Shown here piece after piece: positions 44,610 through 61,255 of a stretch of DNA of 64,000 bases; the stretch's first letter is position 1; the number at the start of each line of letters is the position of its first letter. Location of the stretch: contig CAJINV010000001.1 in assembly GCA_905178155.1 (NCBI GenBank), forward strand, positions 4,364,233 through 4,428,232, given 5' to 3'. The translations under genes were made by a program, and so were the position numbers. Source of the stretch: Amoebophrya sp. A120. Taxonomy: Eukaryota > Protista > Dinoflagellata. The notes below the pieces were generated by a model. The model had not been told where the DNA came from, made no database searches, and saw nothing but the letters and a program-made list of their open reading frames with translations.

Positions 44610-47353
44610 TCAGCTCTTGTTTTTCTTGACCAACACCGGATTTTTCACCTTGTATGCGTCCAAACGCGCTCTTTCCACGCCGGACTTGTGTTGCTTCTTG
44701 CGCTTCTGCTGCTTCATCTCCTTCTTCATCTCCAAGTAGCGGTCCGTGCGCTCGTCGCGATAGGTCGAGGTATCGAAGTACGGCCTGGTTAGCTTTCTCA
44801 GGGACGCCTTCTTGTTTAGCTCCTTGTCAGACTTTGAGAGAATTTCCTCCGTCGTCAAATTGAAGGAATCGGCTTTCACCGTGCTATACTGGAACTTCAG
44901 AGGCCCAAAGTCGCGAATCTTGTAAATGTCGTCAGGATCATCTTCAAGCTGTTCCACTTGTAGTGCCTGCTGTCTTTCCTCATTGTCGCCTGCATTCCCC
45001 TCCTCGTCACCCTGCTGGTTCACCAGCTCCTCCCAATTTTCCGGCGGTTGGCAGTGTGCTGGAACCTTTTTTCTCGTGTACTTTTCCTTCCGCTTTTTCG
45101 CTGGGGCTTTGAAGCACTTCTGACACAGCGTGAAGTCCTGCTTCTGTGGCGACTCGTAGTAGTTCTTGCCTGGTAATATCGCGATTTTACATTCGTCGCA
45201 GATGAACCACAAATCAGGCGCATCTTCGTCGTTCGGGGCTTTTTGCTCCATCTCTTCGTTTTGGTCACCGCCATCTTCAAAATTGTCGTTGTTGTATTCT
45301 GCTGCATCGTCGTAAAAATCACCACCTCCCTCTCCCCACTCCTCGTCGTAGTCGCCCCAGTTTTCCTCTGTTTCGCCCTCTCGCGTCAGCGCCTTCAACT
45401 CCTTCTCATCGAGTTCCTCGTCACCTTCGTAATAGTCCTCGCCCAGAAACTCCTCCATTTCCTTGTCGTACGTTTCCGGATCGAAATCCCTTTCTAGCAT
45501 CTTCGCGTACTTCCGTTCGGCCGCCCCGCTGGCGGTGCCGGCTGCCGTGGCAGTGTCGTCCTCCTCCTCTTGGAAATGGAACACGGAGTCCGCCAACAGT
45601 GGGTCTTCCTTCTCCGGCTCCGCGACCAGCGCGCCCGTGTTTCCGGTCGTCTTCTCGATTTGCCGGAGGCGTCGCTGCAGTTCCTTGCGCTTCAAGTTTT
45701 TCAGCCGCTTCAGCTCCTCGGACTTGCGCACCGCTTCCTGCTCTTTTCGCTCCTTGCGCTCCAGACGCTTGCGTTTACGCTTGTCGTCGACCTGTGGGCG
45801 GGGGAAGAGATTGGGATGCGGATTGCTGGTGGATGACGCTCAAAAAGCATACTTTTCTACTGCCACACTACCTAAAATTCAAATTCACATACGGTTGGTA
45901 CAAACCACAGAAAAAACCAATTCATTTCTATTACCTGTCGCACGGAGTTCGGCACGTTTCTCGCGAAGGTGGCGATTTCCCCGTTCTCGCCCAACCCGCC
46001 GTGTTCGTAGCGGAAGTTGTACTCCGCCTCAAAATCGTCTTGTTCGTCCAGCGCCTCCTCGTCCTCCACTTCTTTCGCGTCGTCCACGCCACCGAACCCG
46101 GCCCCCGTCGGGTCCTTCCATCCCTCGTTCAAAATGTAGTCGCGGAGAAACTTTTCGTTCTCGGTCAATTTTTCATCCTCGCCCCAGTACTTGTTCGCGA
46201 GGAGGGACTGGGCGCTTTTTTTCTTGTGCAGGTTAACGCCTTCGGATGAAGTAGAACTTCCCTGCTGGTGTGTAAAAGCGTCAGTAAGCGGCGCTTCGGT
46301 AGCATTTTTGTCAGCACTCGGTTTCTTCACGCTGAACAAACCTTCGCCGTCGTCCTCCGAGTCGTCATTCTGCTCTCCAGCATCATCATTATCCGTTTTC
46401 CCCACTTCCGCGCGGATCTGTGCCCTAATGTCCGCCAGATCCTCCTCGTTGTTTTGATTTCGCTTCGCAGCGACCAATCTTTCATCGTCCTCGAACGCCT
46501 CCGCACCGCCCTCGAGCAGCGTTTGTCGCAGTAAATCCTTGTAGAGCACCGGTTTTTTTTCACCACCATTTCCTGCTGTCTCTTTTTTCTCCTGTTCCTT
46601 CTTTTGCCGTCTCTCGGCGAAGAAGTCCGCGGAGGAAAAGAACTGGGTCTTGCCGTCGTACACCGACTTGTCCTTGTTTCGAATTCGCTGTAATGTGTCG
46701 AGAACCTTGAAATCCACATCGTTTTGCAGCAGCATGCCATCCTCGTCCTCGGTTTCGCTGGACGACGACGAACCGCCCTCCTCGTCGATGATCTTCCGGG
46801 CGTACGCGAGCTCCTCGGCATCTTTCCGTTTCTGGAACTTCTCCGCAAACTGCCTGTTCACGGACAGCCTGTTGAGATCATCGTGCTGCGCTGCGGCTGA
46901 TGGGTTGTTTTTGGATGATTTTGCCTTGACAAAAAGATTCTGGCTTCTGTCTTCTTCGTCACTGCTCCCATCATCGAATAAAGACTGTGGCTCATGAGAA
47001 CGAGGGTCATGCTGATCGAGGTTCGTGTCTTGCACTTGCAGCGTCTCTGCGTGTATAGATGCGGGTGCTGCTGCGCTACCTGTGCTTGCGCTGCTACTGG
47101 ACGAGGAAGATGACGTCCCGGTTACTACTTTCATCGCCCCTGTCTTCGCTTTCTTGACCTTCGATTTCAAAGATTTAGTCGTTGCAGTTTCCGCGGATGA
47201 CGACGCAGGAGGCGCTTTTGCTCCCTCAGGTGTCGATCTCTTATCGCTTCCAGCAATCGACGCTGACACGACCTTTGTCGCGGTTTTGTCTTTCTTCTTT
47301 TTCATGGGCTTCTTGCTAGCCGCTCCAGCCGAAGAGCCAGCTGCCGCCGACAT
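44610..47353 (-). CDS. KRI1: KRI1 homolog (40S biogenesis)
   Basis: FLRDYILNEGW, FEAEYNFRYE, EELKRLKNLK and FQYSTV..SFNLTTEEIL..DKELN. GT-AG intron 45792-45934. Confidence 0.9.
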
Positions 47354-49655
47354 TTTATCAAAAATAGGCGATATCTATGAGAATCAGTAACTAAAGGGAG
47401 TTTTCGAGTCAGTCCCTAAAATATTTTGTTAGTTTCTGCTACTGCTGCTAGCCAAGATCGCTGGAGAAACATGACTGTATTTGGATTGGGCGGGTAAAGC
47501 AAGTGATATCCGGTTGATATTGAGCTTTTGCATATCACAAAAGACCGGTTTTGTCGCCTCTTGAGATCATGATCATCAACAAAATTTATTTCCACTAATG
47601 CGGTCGGGATCTTCAGAAGTACTAGCGATGGATCGGGATCGCTCACGGTATATTTTCTGAACATGTTCTACCCATTATAATGGTTTGAGGCGATGCTGTG
47701 CGCTGGATCGACTACCATTTCAATTTGATCAAAATTCCACATACACGATCAGTTTCTTCTGAGATCCCTTTCCACATGAGGGAGAACAAGCACATCCCGC
47801 CGTCTTTGAGTCACATCTCCTTGACGAAAAAATTAAGCACGAATTATAATTGATTCATCCACCACATGAGTGGGGATGACTCTAGCCGGAAGGCATGAGA
47901 TGGCTCCAGTAAGCTGCCATTGGCATTGCCAATCTATCTTTGCATTATTTTGAAAGCGAAACTAAGACCTACTTACAAGACGGTCCAAATAAGCAGCATA
48001 TTAATGGATAAAAGCCGTCAATTCATCAGATGTGGACGGCTCCTGTCGCGTTTCATCACCTTCAGCTTCATCATTATCATGTCTAGTTGACATTCGCTTG
48101 CGAGCGAATGCGCTGTCAGCCAGAGAAAAATGAGAAAGAATGCGAAACACGAAAAAATTATGCTCCCTTTGTTTTGCAGAGAGAAGCATCGTTTAGTAGA
48201 CTTATCTCTGTCTGTTGCTCCTATTGAGTGCAATAATTTTCAACAGGTTCAGAAATCTAATTAAACCGCGTTGACCGCTTAGCCTGACTCTCTGTAACTA
48301 CTGGCTTCAACTCGACTTCGTCTACATCCGCACAGTAGCAAGAAAGCCCTAAGCTGAGAATCAACGCGATTTACAATGTAGTCGCAGAAAGTAGAAGCAG
48401 AAGGCTCTTAATAATATCAGAAAAACTTGCGTAAAAAAAATAGTCGCACCCGATCCGTCGCGCGAAGCAGTCCGTCTCCTGCCACCGACTATCGAGAGTC
48501 AGCAGGTGATGATGTGACCCCAAGTTGCGCGAGGAAGGCGGTGTTTTCCTTATCACTTTTGTTTTCTTTCGGTCAGAAGTTTCTAAATTTTTTTCATTTT
48601 CTGCTTATGAAATACGTAGAGAAACGGATAGTTGTTTTCTACCTATGTTTTCCGGTTTCGTCCACACCACTCGCAGGGGCGCCTACCAGTCCGATCGAAA
48701 ATACTCTACATATTTGCGATCGCACCGGCAGCGAGACGCGATCGGACCGTGGCGAACTTTTCCCGTTCTTCACTCAATCGAAGTAATAACGTTTGATAGA
48801 TGAAAAACCAGAAGCAGAATAGTAGGTAGAAACCATGAGTTTATACATATTGATATTCTTTTGTTGTAAAGAGACAATACACATTGACAAGGTTTTTTCA
48901 CATCAAGTCGACAGCTACTTCGATTTTTCTTGTTTTAGATGGGATTTTAGCACAGGGGGTCACACCTAAGGTGCACTCCTCCTGGTGCATGGAATAGATA
49001 GATCATATTGGCCATAGACTAATATTATCTCATCTAGCCGCGAAACTAGATGGAACTAAGTTACCAACAACGTTCGCAAGACGATGTACTCAGCACACAA
49101 AGTGTGTGAAAATCGCTTGAAGCGCACTACAGCTACATCTACGACGTTCTGTAGTGCGTAGAAAAAACAGTAACAAACATACTTTTAGTAGGAATGTACT
49201 GCTGAATCGCTTCTCCTGTCGACGACAGAATCAGCGCAAAATCTATTGAGAAAAACGAGGTGGAATGGTGTCGACTAAAACGAAAAAGTGATGACTTGCT
49301 GCAGGATAGCGTTTACCGTCCTCGTTGCAGACTGTGTAAAAGTAGTTTACAATTGTAAATTTATTAGTAATTTATGGATATGGACTACAAAAACGATTCG
49401 TTTTGTGGAGCTGTTGAAATGTAAGATGCTGGGACCTTGTGAGGCCATCATCAGGGACTGTCACAGACAGTCTAATTCGTGCGGTTAACCTTGCAGTGCA
49501 TTCTTGTTCTTCCTCCTTGGTTTGTCGCGGTCCCTGTATTCGACCGGCTGGCTGGACTGGCATTCTGTTGCGTTTTTGATGCTGGTGAATTACTCCACGA
49601 TGAGAGCAGTGCAGGCAAAGTTGCGGATTTCATCCTAGGTCAGTAGGCTGAATAG

Positions 49656-51571
49656 CTAGTCACATGGAAAGCATCGAAAGCAAGGGATATCTAAGAAACT
49701 GAAGCGATAAAGTCCAATACTGAGTAGATGCACCACGTGTGTGTCAGCACCGTTGTCCGTCTCGCGGTCGAGTTTCCAGTCTGCCAGCTCCAGGTATTTC
49801 CGGCGGTAAGTCCACCCAGGAGCGGACGACGGGTCAATCCCCAAAACACAGGTCGCTTGCATCTTTTCATGGCACCAACTATCACTCTGCAGCTGGTGTC
49901 CCACCACCTCATAAATCCCCTCCCCTGGGGAATGGCTGCGTTGCATGTTGTAGTGCTCCCGAACCTTGGCTGCCTCGAACTCGCTGTGGAAGCGAACCTC
50001 CATCCTTCGGGGCGTCGCCTGCAGCTTGGCGTCGTTCAGGTTCTTTTCCAATCGAGAAAGTATATCGTCGATGTCTACGCAAAACGAAAACTCGCCACTG
50101 TTCATGCTTGCATTTTTTGCTTCCGCGGCACACAAGGTCAGGAACATGTCGCGCTTTCCGGCGTCGTTTTCCTGACCATGAGCCAACAGAAGATTATCGA
50201 CCACAAATTTTGCGTTCCGCAGCAGCACCATGGCACCTGGATGGACATCAAAATGGTCGTGGAAACTACGACTTTATATTTTTTATTGTGAAGTACATAC
50301 ATAGGACAGTCATTTCTCTAGCTACAGCCTCAGCAACAGTGTCTTGCTATGCTTTCTCCGAACAGATTACTCGACATCGTCATGAACAACAAGCATACAA
50401 CTGGAAATATCAACATACCTTTCCCGCGCTGTTCGTAGCGCAGCTCAGCAACCTTTTCCGCACCCTGAAAAACCGGAACTGCCTGCGACAGTGCGAGGCA
50501 GCGCTTGACCAGCTTGATCACAACTACGCACTTTGGGCAATCCTTAGCGGTTTCACCATAGCCCACAGAAAGGACATCTCCCTTCGTCACCGTCCTCTTG
50601 TCGCTAACGAGGAGCGCCAGAGTCCCGTCCGGTTTGCCACGGGGGGACACAAGTCCGGCCACCAACATCACGCTCGCTCCATCATGCGGGGGCCTCCCGA
50701 AATCTTGAACCGTCTCAAGCACAATAGAGTTTTGTTCGCGACGGACTACCTCCGTTACCTTCTCGAGGAGTGGCGTGTCCCGCTGCGCATTCGGTCGCTC
50801 GGCCCGCTTATCCGGTTCCCTGAAGTACGAATTGCCGACTAGCACCCTGCCTGTTTGCAATTTGTTTCTATAATTTTTCGAATTTTTCTCCCGGCATTTG
50901 CATTCGATGCTATCACGCTAAGATGAAATGTTTAGCGATATTGATCGATACCTTCGTGAGTACGCCGATGCGGCTGATCCACAGGCGCCGCCTCGATGGT
51001 TTTCAGCGATACCGCCTGCACCTTCACGTCGTCAGCGACATGAACCGCTTGGATCTGATACTCAGGTTCGTCGGGGCGTTGCCTTTTAGTCGGAGGGGCA
51101 CCGGAGCCGCCGTCAGCAGAAAACGAACACGATGCGTTCCGCTTGAGGCTGTATTGTCCAGCCCCACCTCCACCGTGAATACCGTGCTCCTGAAGGTTTC
51201 CTTTCGCCGCGCCTTTTGAATGCGGGCCCTGTGCCGGAGCCTTGTCTTTGCTGCCCTTCATCCAGTCGTGACTTTTGCCTTTTTCAGAAACGCCTGTACC
51301 TGGAAGAGTTCACATATATCGACGTCGAAACACAAACACTATTTCATCGTCACGACAAGTTTATAAATTCTGTCTAACACCCTTGCGCTTCGATACCTGG
51401 ACCTCCTTGGGGCATCGAAGCACCCAAATTCGCTACATAGATAATGAGGCAGTTCCATTTTCCTAAAGGTGGAGAACCCTTACCTTGCAGATTCTTTCCA
51501 GGAATAGCGGCATTACTGGACGCGATGACTTTCCCGCCCTTCATCTTTTCTTTTTGCTTGCCCTTCGACAT
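49656..51571 (-). CDS. Hypothetical multi-exon protein with KG-rich N-terminus; paralog of 53159-54788
   Basis: Consecutive minus-strand ORFs with GT-AG-like boundaries. Collinear motifs shared with the neighbouring gene. Confidence 0.55.
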
Positions 51572-53158
51572 TCTTTTACGTCGTACTAGTTAGGCTGCAC
51601 TACTTCCACTTCACGGCGACGCGTTGGCGGGAAAAAAAACTAGAATGATAAATGAAACAACAAATCCAAGTGCTTTCTCTACTTTATGAATGTCTAATCT
51701 ACAAAGTAGGCAAAGGGACCTCAATATCTTCCATGAAGATGAAGTAAAATACGAATAGATAAAATCCGTCTTCACCTTGTTGCCTGCAATAATGTACGAC
51801 AACATCATCATGGAGGATTTGCGCTTTGGCTTTGGTATGGCGTGGTTTTTATGCCAAATGGAAGACCACGGTAGGAAAAAGGCTATACTCGGATTCTCAT
51901 GAAGATGACAACAACTGACCCATCGGCATCGACGGACCTTATCTGATGTCCATTCGCTTTCACTGAAGCTAATCTGGATCAATCGGGATCAACATAACAT
52001 GCGTCGATACTAAAATATCCGCCTAGTGAATGCAGATCGTTCAATGAGCAGCTAATTACAGATCTGAGTAAAAGATGGGCCAATACCATGGGAATACACA
52101 TTCAGCTAAGGAGCAGATCCACAAAGAGAACAAAGTCGATGACTCGTTTGTCATTCAAATTTCAACACTGCTTTCCAGTCAGTGTATCACAGAAAAAGAG
52201 AATAAACCATCATCTCCAAATCCGATGGGGTTGTAATAGAAGGAATGAGGACGGAGGAGAAACCGTCGTGAAACCTGTGTTCTGTGTCCATATAGCGCTC
52301 TCAAATCATCGAAAAAATGAACAGGAATAATTGGATCTTTAATCGACTTCGCATAAATTTCAAATCCGTACTTCGTTATCGTTCTATTGTCGCTATACAT
52401 ATGAAATAAAAACCGGAAGACCCCGCATTACACCGTACTGCACTTCAAAGGTACCTAGATGTACGCAAAACCATACCGGATATTTCGTGCAAATCCGAAA
52501 AAAAGTGCTTATTACGAGTTCGACTGCTGCCGAAAAAATATTGTTGAGAGCACTGTTTCCCGTCTGTCAGTTTTGTAAAACATTCCTTCGCGGTAGTCCG
52601 CAGATATCTATACTGTTTGAAATATGGAACTTCAACCAGCGGAATAGGGATGTTTCAGGGACGTACAGCAAAAAAACGGGAGAGTGTAGTGGGGCCCTAA
52701 GTCAAAAGATTTTTACTTTCAGCCACCATAGTGCAAAATGTCACACCTCCGAAAAAAAATGGTTGCTTATCCTTATCCTATGGTCCAACTAATAAATTAT
52801 CAAAGAAATCATACAGGGTCATATCAAAGAATACAGCACCGTTTTCAGCTAGACTGTCGCCTGCTTGCCCACAGCTTCAAGCACCTGTATCGGCAAAAGC
52901 GCCCGTATGGTCTGCACTGGAACCGGATCCCGAAGAGCAAGAGGTAAAAGACCAATTTCTCCGAAGAGCATCAGTTCTTTTCATCTGCCATTTCAGCTTT
53001 CCTTTTGTGCGACCTGCAGTTCAATAGACAGTTTTCGTTTTCAATACCATATCAAGCACAGTGAGACGTCGTGTTCTGTAGACTCGTCAGATTAAATGTC
53101 GCATTTATTAAAATGCGACGTTTTACAAGCTGCACAAAGAAACGTCGCCCTTGGTCCA

Positions 53159-54788
53159 TCAATACGAAGTGAATATGAAACTAACTGAAAGGCAAAGAGA
53201 GTAAAAACGTCTGGCAATACGATTCGCGTCAAAGGTAGTTGGCCCAGAGACGGCGTCGAAGTCGACTTGCCAGGACTGGGGCATATTTCCACGCCCACAC
53301 AGCTTCAGCGAATCTTGGTGACTTTCTCTATCATACCACTTCGATTCGTAAGTCAGTCTTGTGGCGTAGAAGACTTGCTCCCGCTTGCTCGAATCTGGAA
53401 GCTCGACTCCGTGCGCGTTTCCATCCGGATCCTCCCACTCCTGACCGTAATAACCAAAGAGATGGACCACGCTGCCGCCTTGCAGAAAGTGTTGAAAAAC
53501 TGCACCGGGCGGGATGCCTAGCCAGTAAGTCGATATCTTCTTCTTCTCTACTAAGAGGTTGAATTTCTCCACGTCTTGCAGCGACGTCAGCAACTTTTGC
53601 GCGCCTTGTTCTGCGTCTGCCGCTTGGACGGAGCAATAAGAGAGAAAGACGTCGCGTTTTCTGTTTCCTTCCACGAAAGTGTTCTCCAGGAATCTGCTCG
53701 GGGTCGAACGGAACAAGCTAAGCGACCCCCCGCGATGCGGATCCCACTGCAAAAATGTGGGCGGCTCGGGTTCTTGCCCCGCACTCGGGCTCTGCCGGGC
53801 ATCAGCAATTACCACGGGAATCTTCTTTCCGCGCCTTACGCAGGCCGGAACGATCTTCACAATCGCCAAATCTAAATCGAGGATGCATGCCTGAGAAGCC
53901 CCCTCGTGCACGCGCACACGAACAGAGTCGTTCACTTTACAGTAGCGGCCCCTGTGGCACAGAATCAATGCCATCGTCGTTTCGTCCACCACGCCCCCTT
54001 CCTGCAGCGGCACGCCCACCAGTAGACTGGTCAGCTCGTGGTCACTGCATTCGCGGTCGCGATCTGTTCGCTGCACCGTTTCGGCGATCGCCACCTTGCC
54101 CTCGAAGGCGTCCAGAGCGACTGCCGAAATACTTTCGTGCAACTCAGAATCCACTTGATAGCGAGGCCGCTGCGAGCGAAACGAAAAGTTTTCGCAGGAG
54201 GATGCGGGGGTGTTCTGTTCAGACAATCCCGCGCTACCTGGTATGATTACCATCATGTACTGAGTGTGGCGGCCGAATAGACATCGACTGACAGATGTCG
54301 ATAAATTCCACCTCCTGAAGATCCAAGCTGCAGGTATACACGTAAACGTAGGGTGGGTTGCCTGAAAGAAAACTTCCCTCGCAGTTTGTTGTGTGTGACT
54401 CACAGTTAACCGGCAAATCTATGACTAAACATACACTATAATTTCTCCGAAAACGTAAAAGTCAACGGGCGCAGATACCTTCTGTTTCTCCTTCTCGGGA
54501 AGGATGTGGCTCGAGATAAACCCCTTCACTCCACGACTTTCCGGCGTCGTTCTGCCTGCCGACTACCACCCGCTGCAAAGTGTATTCACAAGGATTCTTT
54601 TTTACACCGTGGCTGTCTGGCGATGCCTGCTTTCCTTGTTTTTTACCTTTGCCTTTGTTCGGGGTAGTGTTCTTAGCACCTTTGTTGTAACTGTTGTAGC
54701 CGGTATGGTAGTAGTCGACTCCCACTCCTGGTAACATTCTCTGTCCTCCCGTACCTCCAAAGCTGCCATACCAAAAACTGCCGCCCAT
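53159..54788 (-). CDS. Hypothetical multi-exon protein with G/KG-rich N-terminus; paralog of 49656-51571
   Basis: 414-aa ORF plus upstream exon MGGSFWYG..KGKGKKQGK. Confidence 0.55.
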
Positions 54789-56047
54789 CTTCGTGGCCGC
54801 CGCTGATTTGCTTTCTATTTTTGAAGCAAACTCAAGTTTTCGTAGTAGACAGTGAAGAATACAGAATGATACTCTGTGATGTGTCCGTATCGAACTACAG
54901 AATACAAACCCTTCAACTCACGGATGAGTATTACCGGCGTCCTGTTTTTCAATCGAATCGAGGTTTCAACAGTGAAGTAGCTATGTATGGCAGTCGCATA
55001 CGAAAAACTGATCTATCATATTCTAACCGTAACTCCATGGTACAACTTTTGCGCCTTTTATTCTGCCTGTAATTTCGTATCGCTTTTGCTTCTAGTTCAT
55101 TGGCGAAGATCCCTTCATTCTAGACTTGCTACAACTAACTTGAAAAAAACTTCTCAGGGACGAGATATCTACTTGTTCAGATCGTTATCTCAAAGTGGCG
55201 TCTCAGCGAGCTGTAAATTCGTAAGTAGCATAGCATAATCCACATTGTTTTAACTAGAGACGCGATTGATGACAGACCAGATAACTCATCTATTTGGATA
55301 GTCAGACGAGAAAGAACGATGTCGTATTCGTTCACCGAAAGAGAAAGACCGATGACATCACACCGACATTTCTTTTCGTAAACCGAAGGGGAAGGCACGA
55401 CTACCTACGACTTCTATAAAAAACCTAGGACGATTTCTTCATCTCGTTGAACCTGAAAGCGTCCGCAAATCCTTGTCATACGTCCTGGGACGAAGCACGA
55501 ACAATCCCAGGCAAAACATCTCCGTTGGTGCCGCAAATAAAATTCCGTCTGTTTCGCTTTTGCTCTGCTTCACCTCGTGGCAGCAGAAACAATAAATTTT
55601 GAGTGTCAAGAACCCGTCGCCAAAATTATCTCAGCTCTTACTCCCAAGCCCAACGCTGGTGACAGCTGTCGCAGCCAGCTAGTGCCAAGAACTCTCGGAA
55701 CTTACAGCTTGACTGCAAGTTCGCTACTCGAAAGATCGCCAGAACAAGCAAACTAGTACATATTTACGTAAAAAAGTCTATACTCTGAGGTCAGTACCTA
55801 GAAGAAAAAGGATAGATGCTTTCAGCTTTCGCCACAGGAACTCTTGAAAGAAAAAAAACGCGTCTTCATTGCCATATCCCGTGCCTGGTCGGCCCCCATT
55901 TCGTCTGCATATCACGATGCGATTCGATTTTTCTTTCAAAAAACCCACAAGCACCCGGCGATGCGGATCGCAGTCACAGCGACCAAAAGCTCAGCGATTC
56001 TTGTCTCCCCGGTGCACTGATGTGCTACTTACTCCTTCAGATGAACC

Positions 56048-58347
<2,300 letters not shown>

Positions 58348-59103
58348 TTAGTTGAGAGGTTTTGGGTATCGATATTTATAGTCGCCGGAATACAAATTTC
58401 GTGGAAAGTATTGTTTTCTATGCTTTCTGAGTCTGAGATTGAGGACTATTCGTTTACGGTAAACTTAATGCAGAACCGCCCTGGAACTAAGTGCTTTTCT
58501 TAATGAATTCAGAATGAATTCAGAATTTCGCACTTTTTGGGATTTTGGGGCGAGAGGGGTCGCCTAGGTCACCTCTAAAAGCGCCAAAGTGGCCCCCTTA
58601 GCACGATAATAAGGGAGCTGACGGGGCGCAAAAACGCAGGCCGCCGTAATGAATGTGCCGATAGCTGCGTAGCGGCTCTTGACTCAAATGGCCACAATGT
58701 TTCCCAGTGCACAGCCCCGATCTGGGAGGGCGTCCGCGTGCTTTACATGTGTACCTCTCAAACACCCAACAACCACGACGACGGACCCGTCCCCCAGACT
58801 GTGCCACAACAGTCGCCGGCGCCGCGCTAGAACACGTCGCTCACTCGAGGGGCCCGGACGAGCACAAATACGCGCACAAAGTGCGGACCGGATTGGTCAA
58901 GGTGTCGGAAAAGGCACCCCAGGTCCCTCGGCGTGAAGCCCCTCCGGCCCGGAGCCCATGGAACTCACGATGCCAGATCCCAAGAAGCAAATACACAAGC
59001 AAGATGATGAAGCGAAACCGAGCCCCGGCAATCATGTTGCCCCCTCTTGATAGATGCGAACCGGCCAAAAGCCTCGACGGCGCTCTACTTGTTTTGCCAG
59101 GCA

Positions 59104-59162
59104 GCGAGTGCGAGGCCACCCGGGCACTCTTCGTCGTGGACGCGACCTCCTCGATCTTCATG
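59104..59162 (-). pseudogene. RUVBL1 5' relic (first ~19 codons), introner-bearing copy 1
   Basis: Identical to 58284-58342. Sequence beyond the introner resembles the RUVBL1 upstream region. Confidence 0.85.
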
Positions 59163-59368
59163 TATCAAAGAAAAAAAGTTCGTCACGATCACTCATGCGC
59201 ATTCTTGCAATACAAAATTGTTTGTCATGCGTAAAAATGCATCACAGCCAAACTTCGTTAGGGATTTCCCTAGTGTTTCTGCAATACAAGAAAAGTTTGT
59301 GATGCTGAGAAGATTTGTAATGCAAAACCTGCAAGTTAGTGACTGTGACAAACTTTTTTCTCTCCATA
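59163..59368. mobile_element. Introner family F4, 206 bp, at the RUVBL1-relic start codon
   Basis: F4 TIR. TSD TCATG/TCATC. Confidence 0.93.
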
Positions 59369-60438
59369 TCATCGTCGCTTTTTTTATAGTCAAGTTTAGT
59401 TTAAAAGTTGATAGTCGCCAGGATAGAGTCGTAAAAAGTGTCGTTGCTCTATGCTTTCTGAGGAGAATTCGTTATCTTTCGGACCGAATGAAAAAATATC
59501 AATTTATTGAGTCGTGCCGCGGAAGTGCTTCGTAGTGTGGCTCTTGTCCTAAGCAGCACCGCGGAAGTAACAATAAGTTCCGCTATTTCTTAGAATAGAT
59601 CCTATCTCTACAAGCGGAATCTAGGTCTAGGTACAGCTTGTCTATTCTTCACAACCGGAACATCGTCATCTTCTCTCATTGTCCGCTCGCCACCTGATTG
59701 GGTTTTTGTTGAAAAAGGAAACACTTTCTTGTCAAGAGAATCAATGTTGAGTTATGTCTTCGGGTAGAGGCCCTGCCCGCCGGCGGGTTCGATTATGAAA
59801 AACCGCGCGAGGTCGGAAAAATCAATCGCTTTCAATTTTCGAGCACTTTCGTGTGCAATTTTCAGTGGTTGCAAGAGATCAATTTCGTGGTCATTCAATG
59901 TCAATCCTTGGCTTGGGTCGTTTACTTGTAAGAGGGTCAAACAGCTTGGCATTGGTCTCCATCCTGATCCAGCATTACGTGGATGGTTTTTGTGAACGAG
60001 TAGATACTCCTGACCGTGTGCTGTGGACAGAAGGTTATTTTCGTGAACTTGCCTTCGTCCTGGACGTTTCTGACTTTTGGATCGCGATGAGGCCGCAGCT
60101 CTTCCAGATTTAGGGCGATTCGCTTCGAAGTGCTGATCCAATTTTCGTGAGCAGGTGAGGTTGATGTGATGCGTGAATTTGTTACATTGCTCTCTACCTC
60201 AGCGGGCCTGATTCCTGATCTACTTTTTCCGACACATCAACTGTTTCTTGTTGACGTCCTCTCATCTATGTCCCCGATTTTTCTACTTTTGCGACAGCCA
60301 CCAGCAAAGCAAAAGTACATACTGCACGTCGTCGCCGGCCGCAAAAGTTTTCCCATCTGGACCGGCTGCTGCTTGACCTGGAGATTTTCGTTTCCCAATC
60401 ACCGCATGGCCACGCGTTCAATCACCGCATGGCCACAC

Positions 60439-60494
60439 AGTGCGAGGCCACCCGGGCACTCTTCGTCGTGGACGCGACCTCCTCGATCTTCATG
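60439..60494 (-). pseudogene. RUVBL1 5' relic, empty-site copy
   Basis: Identical to 58287-58342 and continues into identical upstream DNA. Confidence 0.85.
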
Positions 60495-61255
60495 GTCGCT
60501 TAGTTGAGAGGTTTTGGGTATCGATATTTATAGTCGCCGGAATACAAATTTCGTGGAAAGTATTGTTTTCTATGCTTTCTGAGTCTGAGATTGAGGACTA
60601 TTCGTTTACGGTAAACTTAATGCAGAACCGCCCTGGAACTAAGTGCTTTTCTTAATGAATTCAGAATGAATTCAGAATTTCGCACTTTTTGGGATTTTGG
60701 GGCGAGAGGGGTCGCCTAGGTCACCTCTAAAAGCGCCAAAGTGGCCCCCTTAGCACGATAATAAGGGAGCTGACGGGGCGCAAAAACGCAGGCCGCCGTA
60801 ATGAATGTGCCGATAGCTGCGTAGCGGCTCTTGACTCAAATGGCCACAATGTTTCCCAGTGCACAGCCCCGATCTGGGAGGGCGTCCGCGTGCTTTACAT
60901 GTGTACCTCTCAAACACCCAACAACCACGACGACGGACCCGTCCCCCAGACTGTGCCACAACAGTCGCCGGCGCCGCGCTAGAACACGTCGCTCACTCGA
61001 GGGGCCCGGACGAGCACAAATACGCGCACAAAGTGCGGACCGGATTGGTCAAGGTGTCGGAAAAGGCACCCCAGGTCCCTCGGCGTGAAGCCCCTCCGGC
61101 CCGGAGCCCATGGAACTCACGATGCCAGATCCCAAGAAGCAAATACACAAGCAAGATGATGAAGCGAAACCGAGCCCCGGCAATCATGTTGCCCCCTCTT
61201 GATAGATGCGAACCGGCCAAAAGCCTCGACGGCGCTCTACTTGTTTTGCCAGGCA

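Noticed and set aside
49739-50842. 367-aa plus-strand ORF as a possible transposase
   Set aside because: No DDE or YR motifs recognised. It is antisense to minus-strand exons supported by paralogy with 53159-54403.
58841-59161. 106-aa ORF (also 60993-61313) as an extra RUVBL1 gene
   Set aside because: Only the first 19 codons match RUVBL1; the rest is unrelated read-through.
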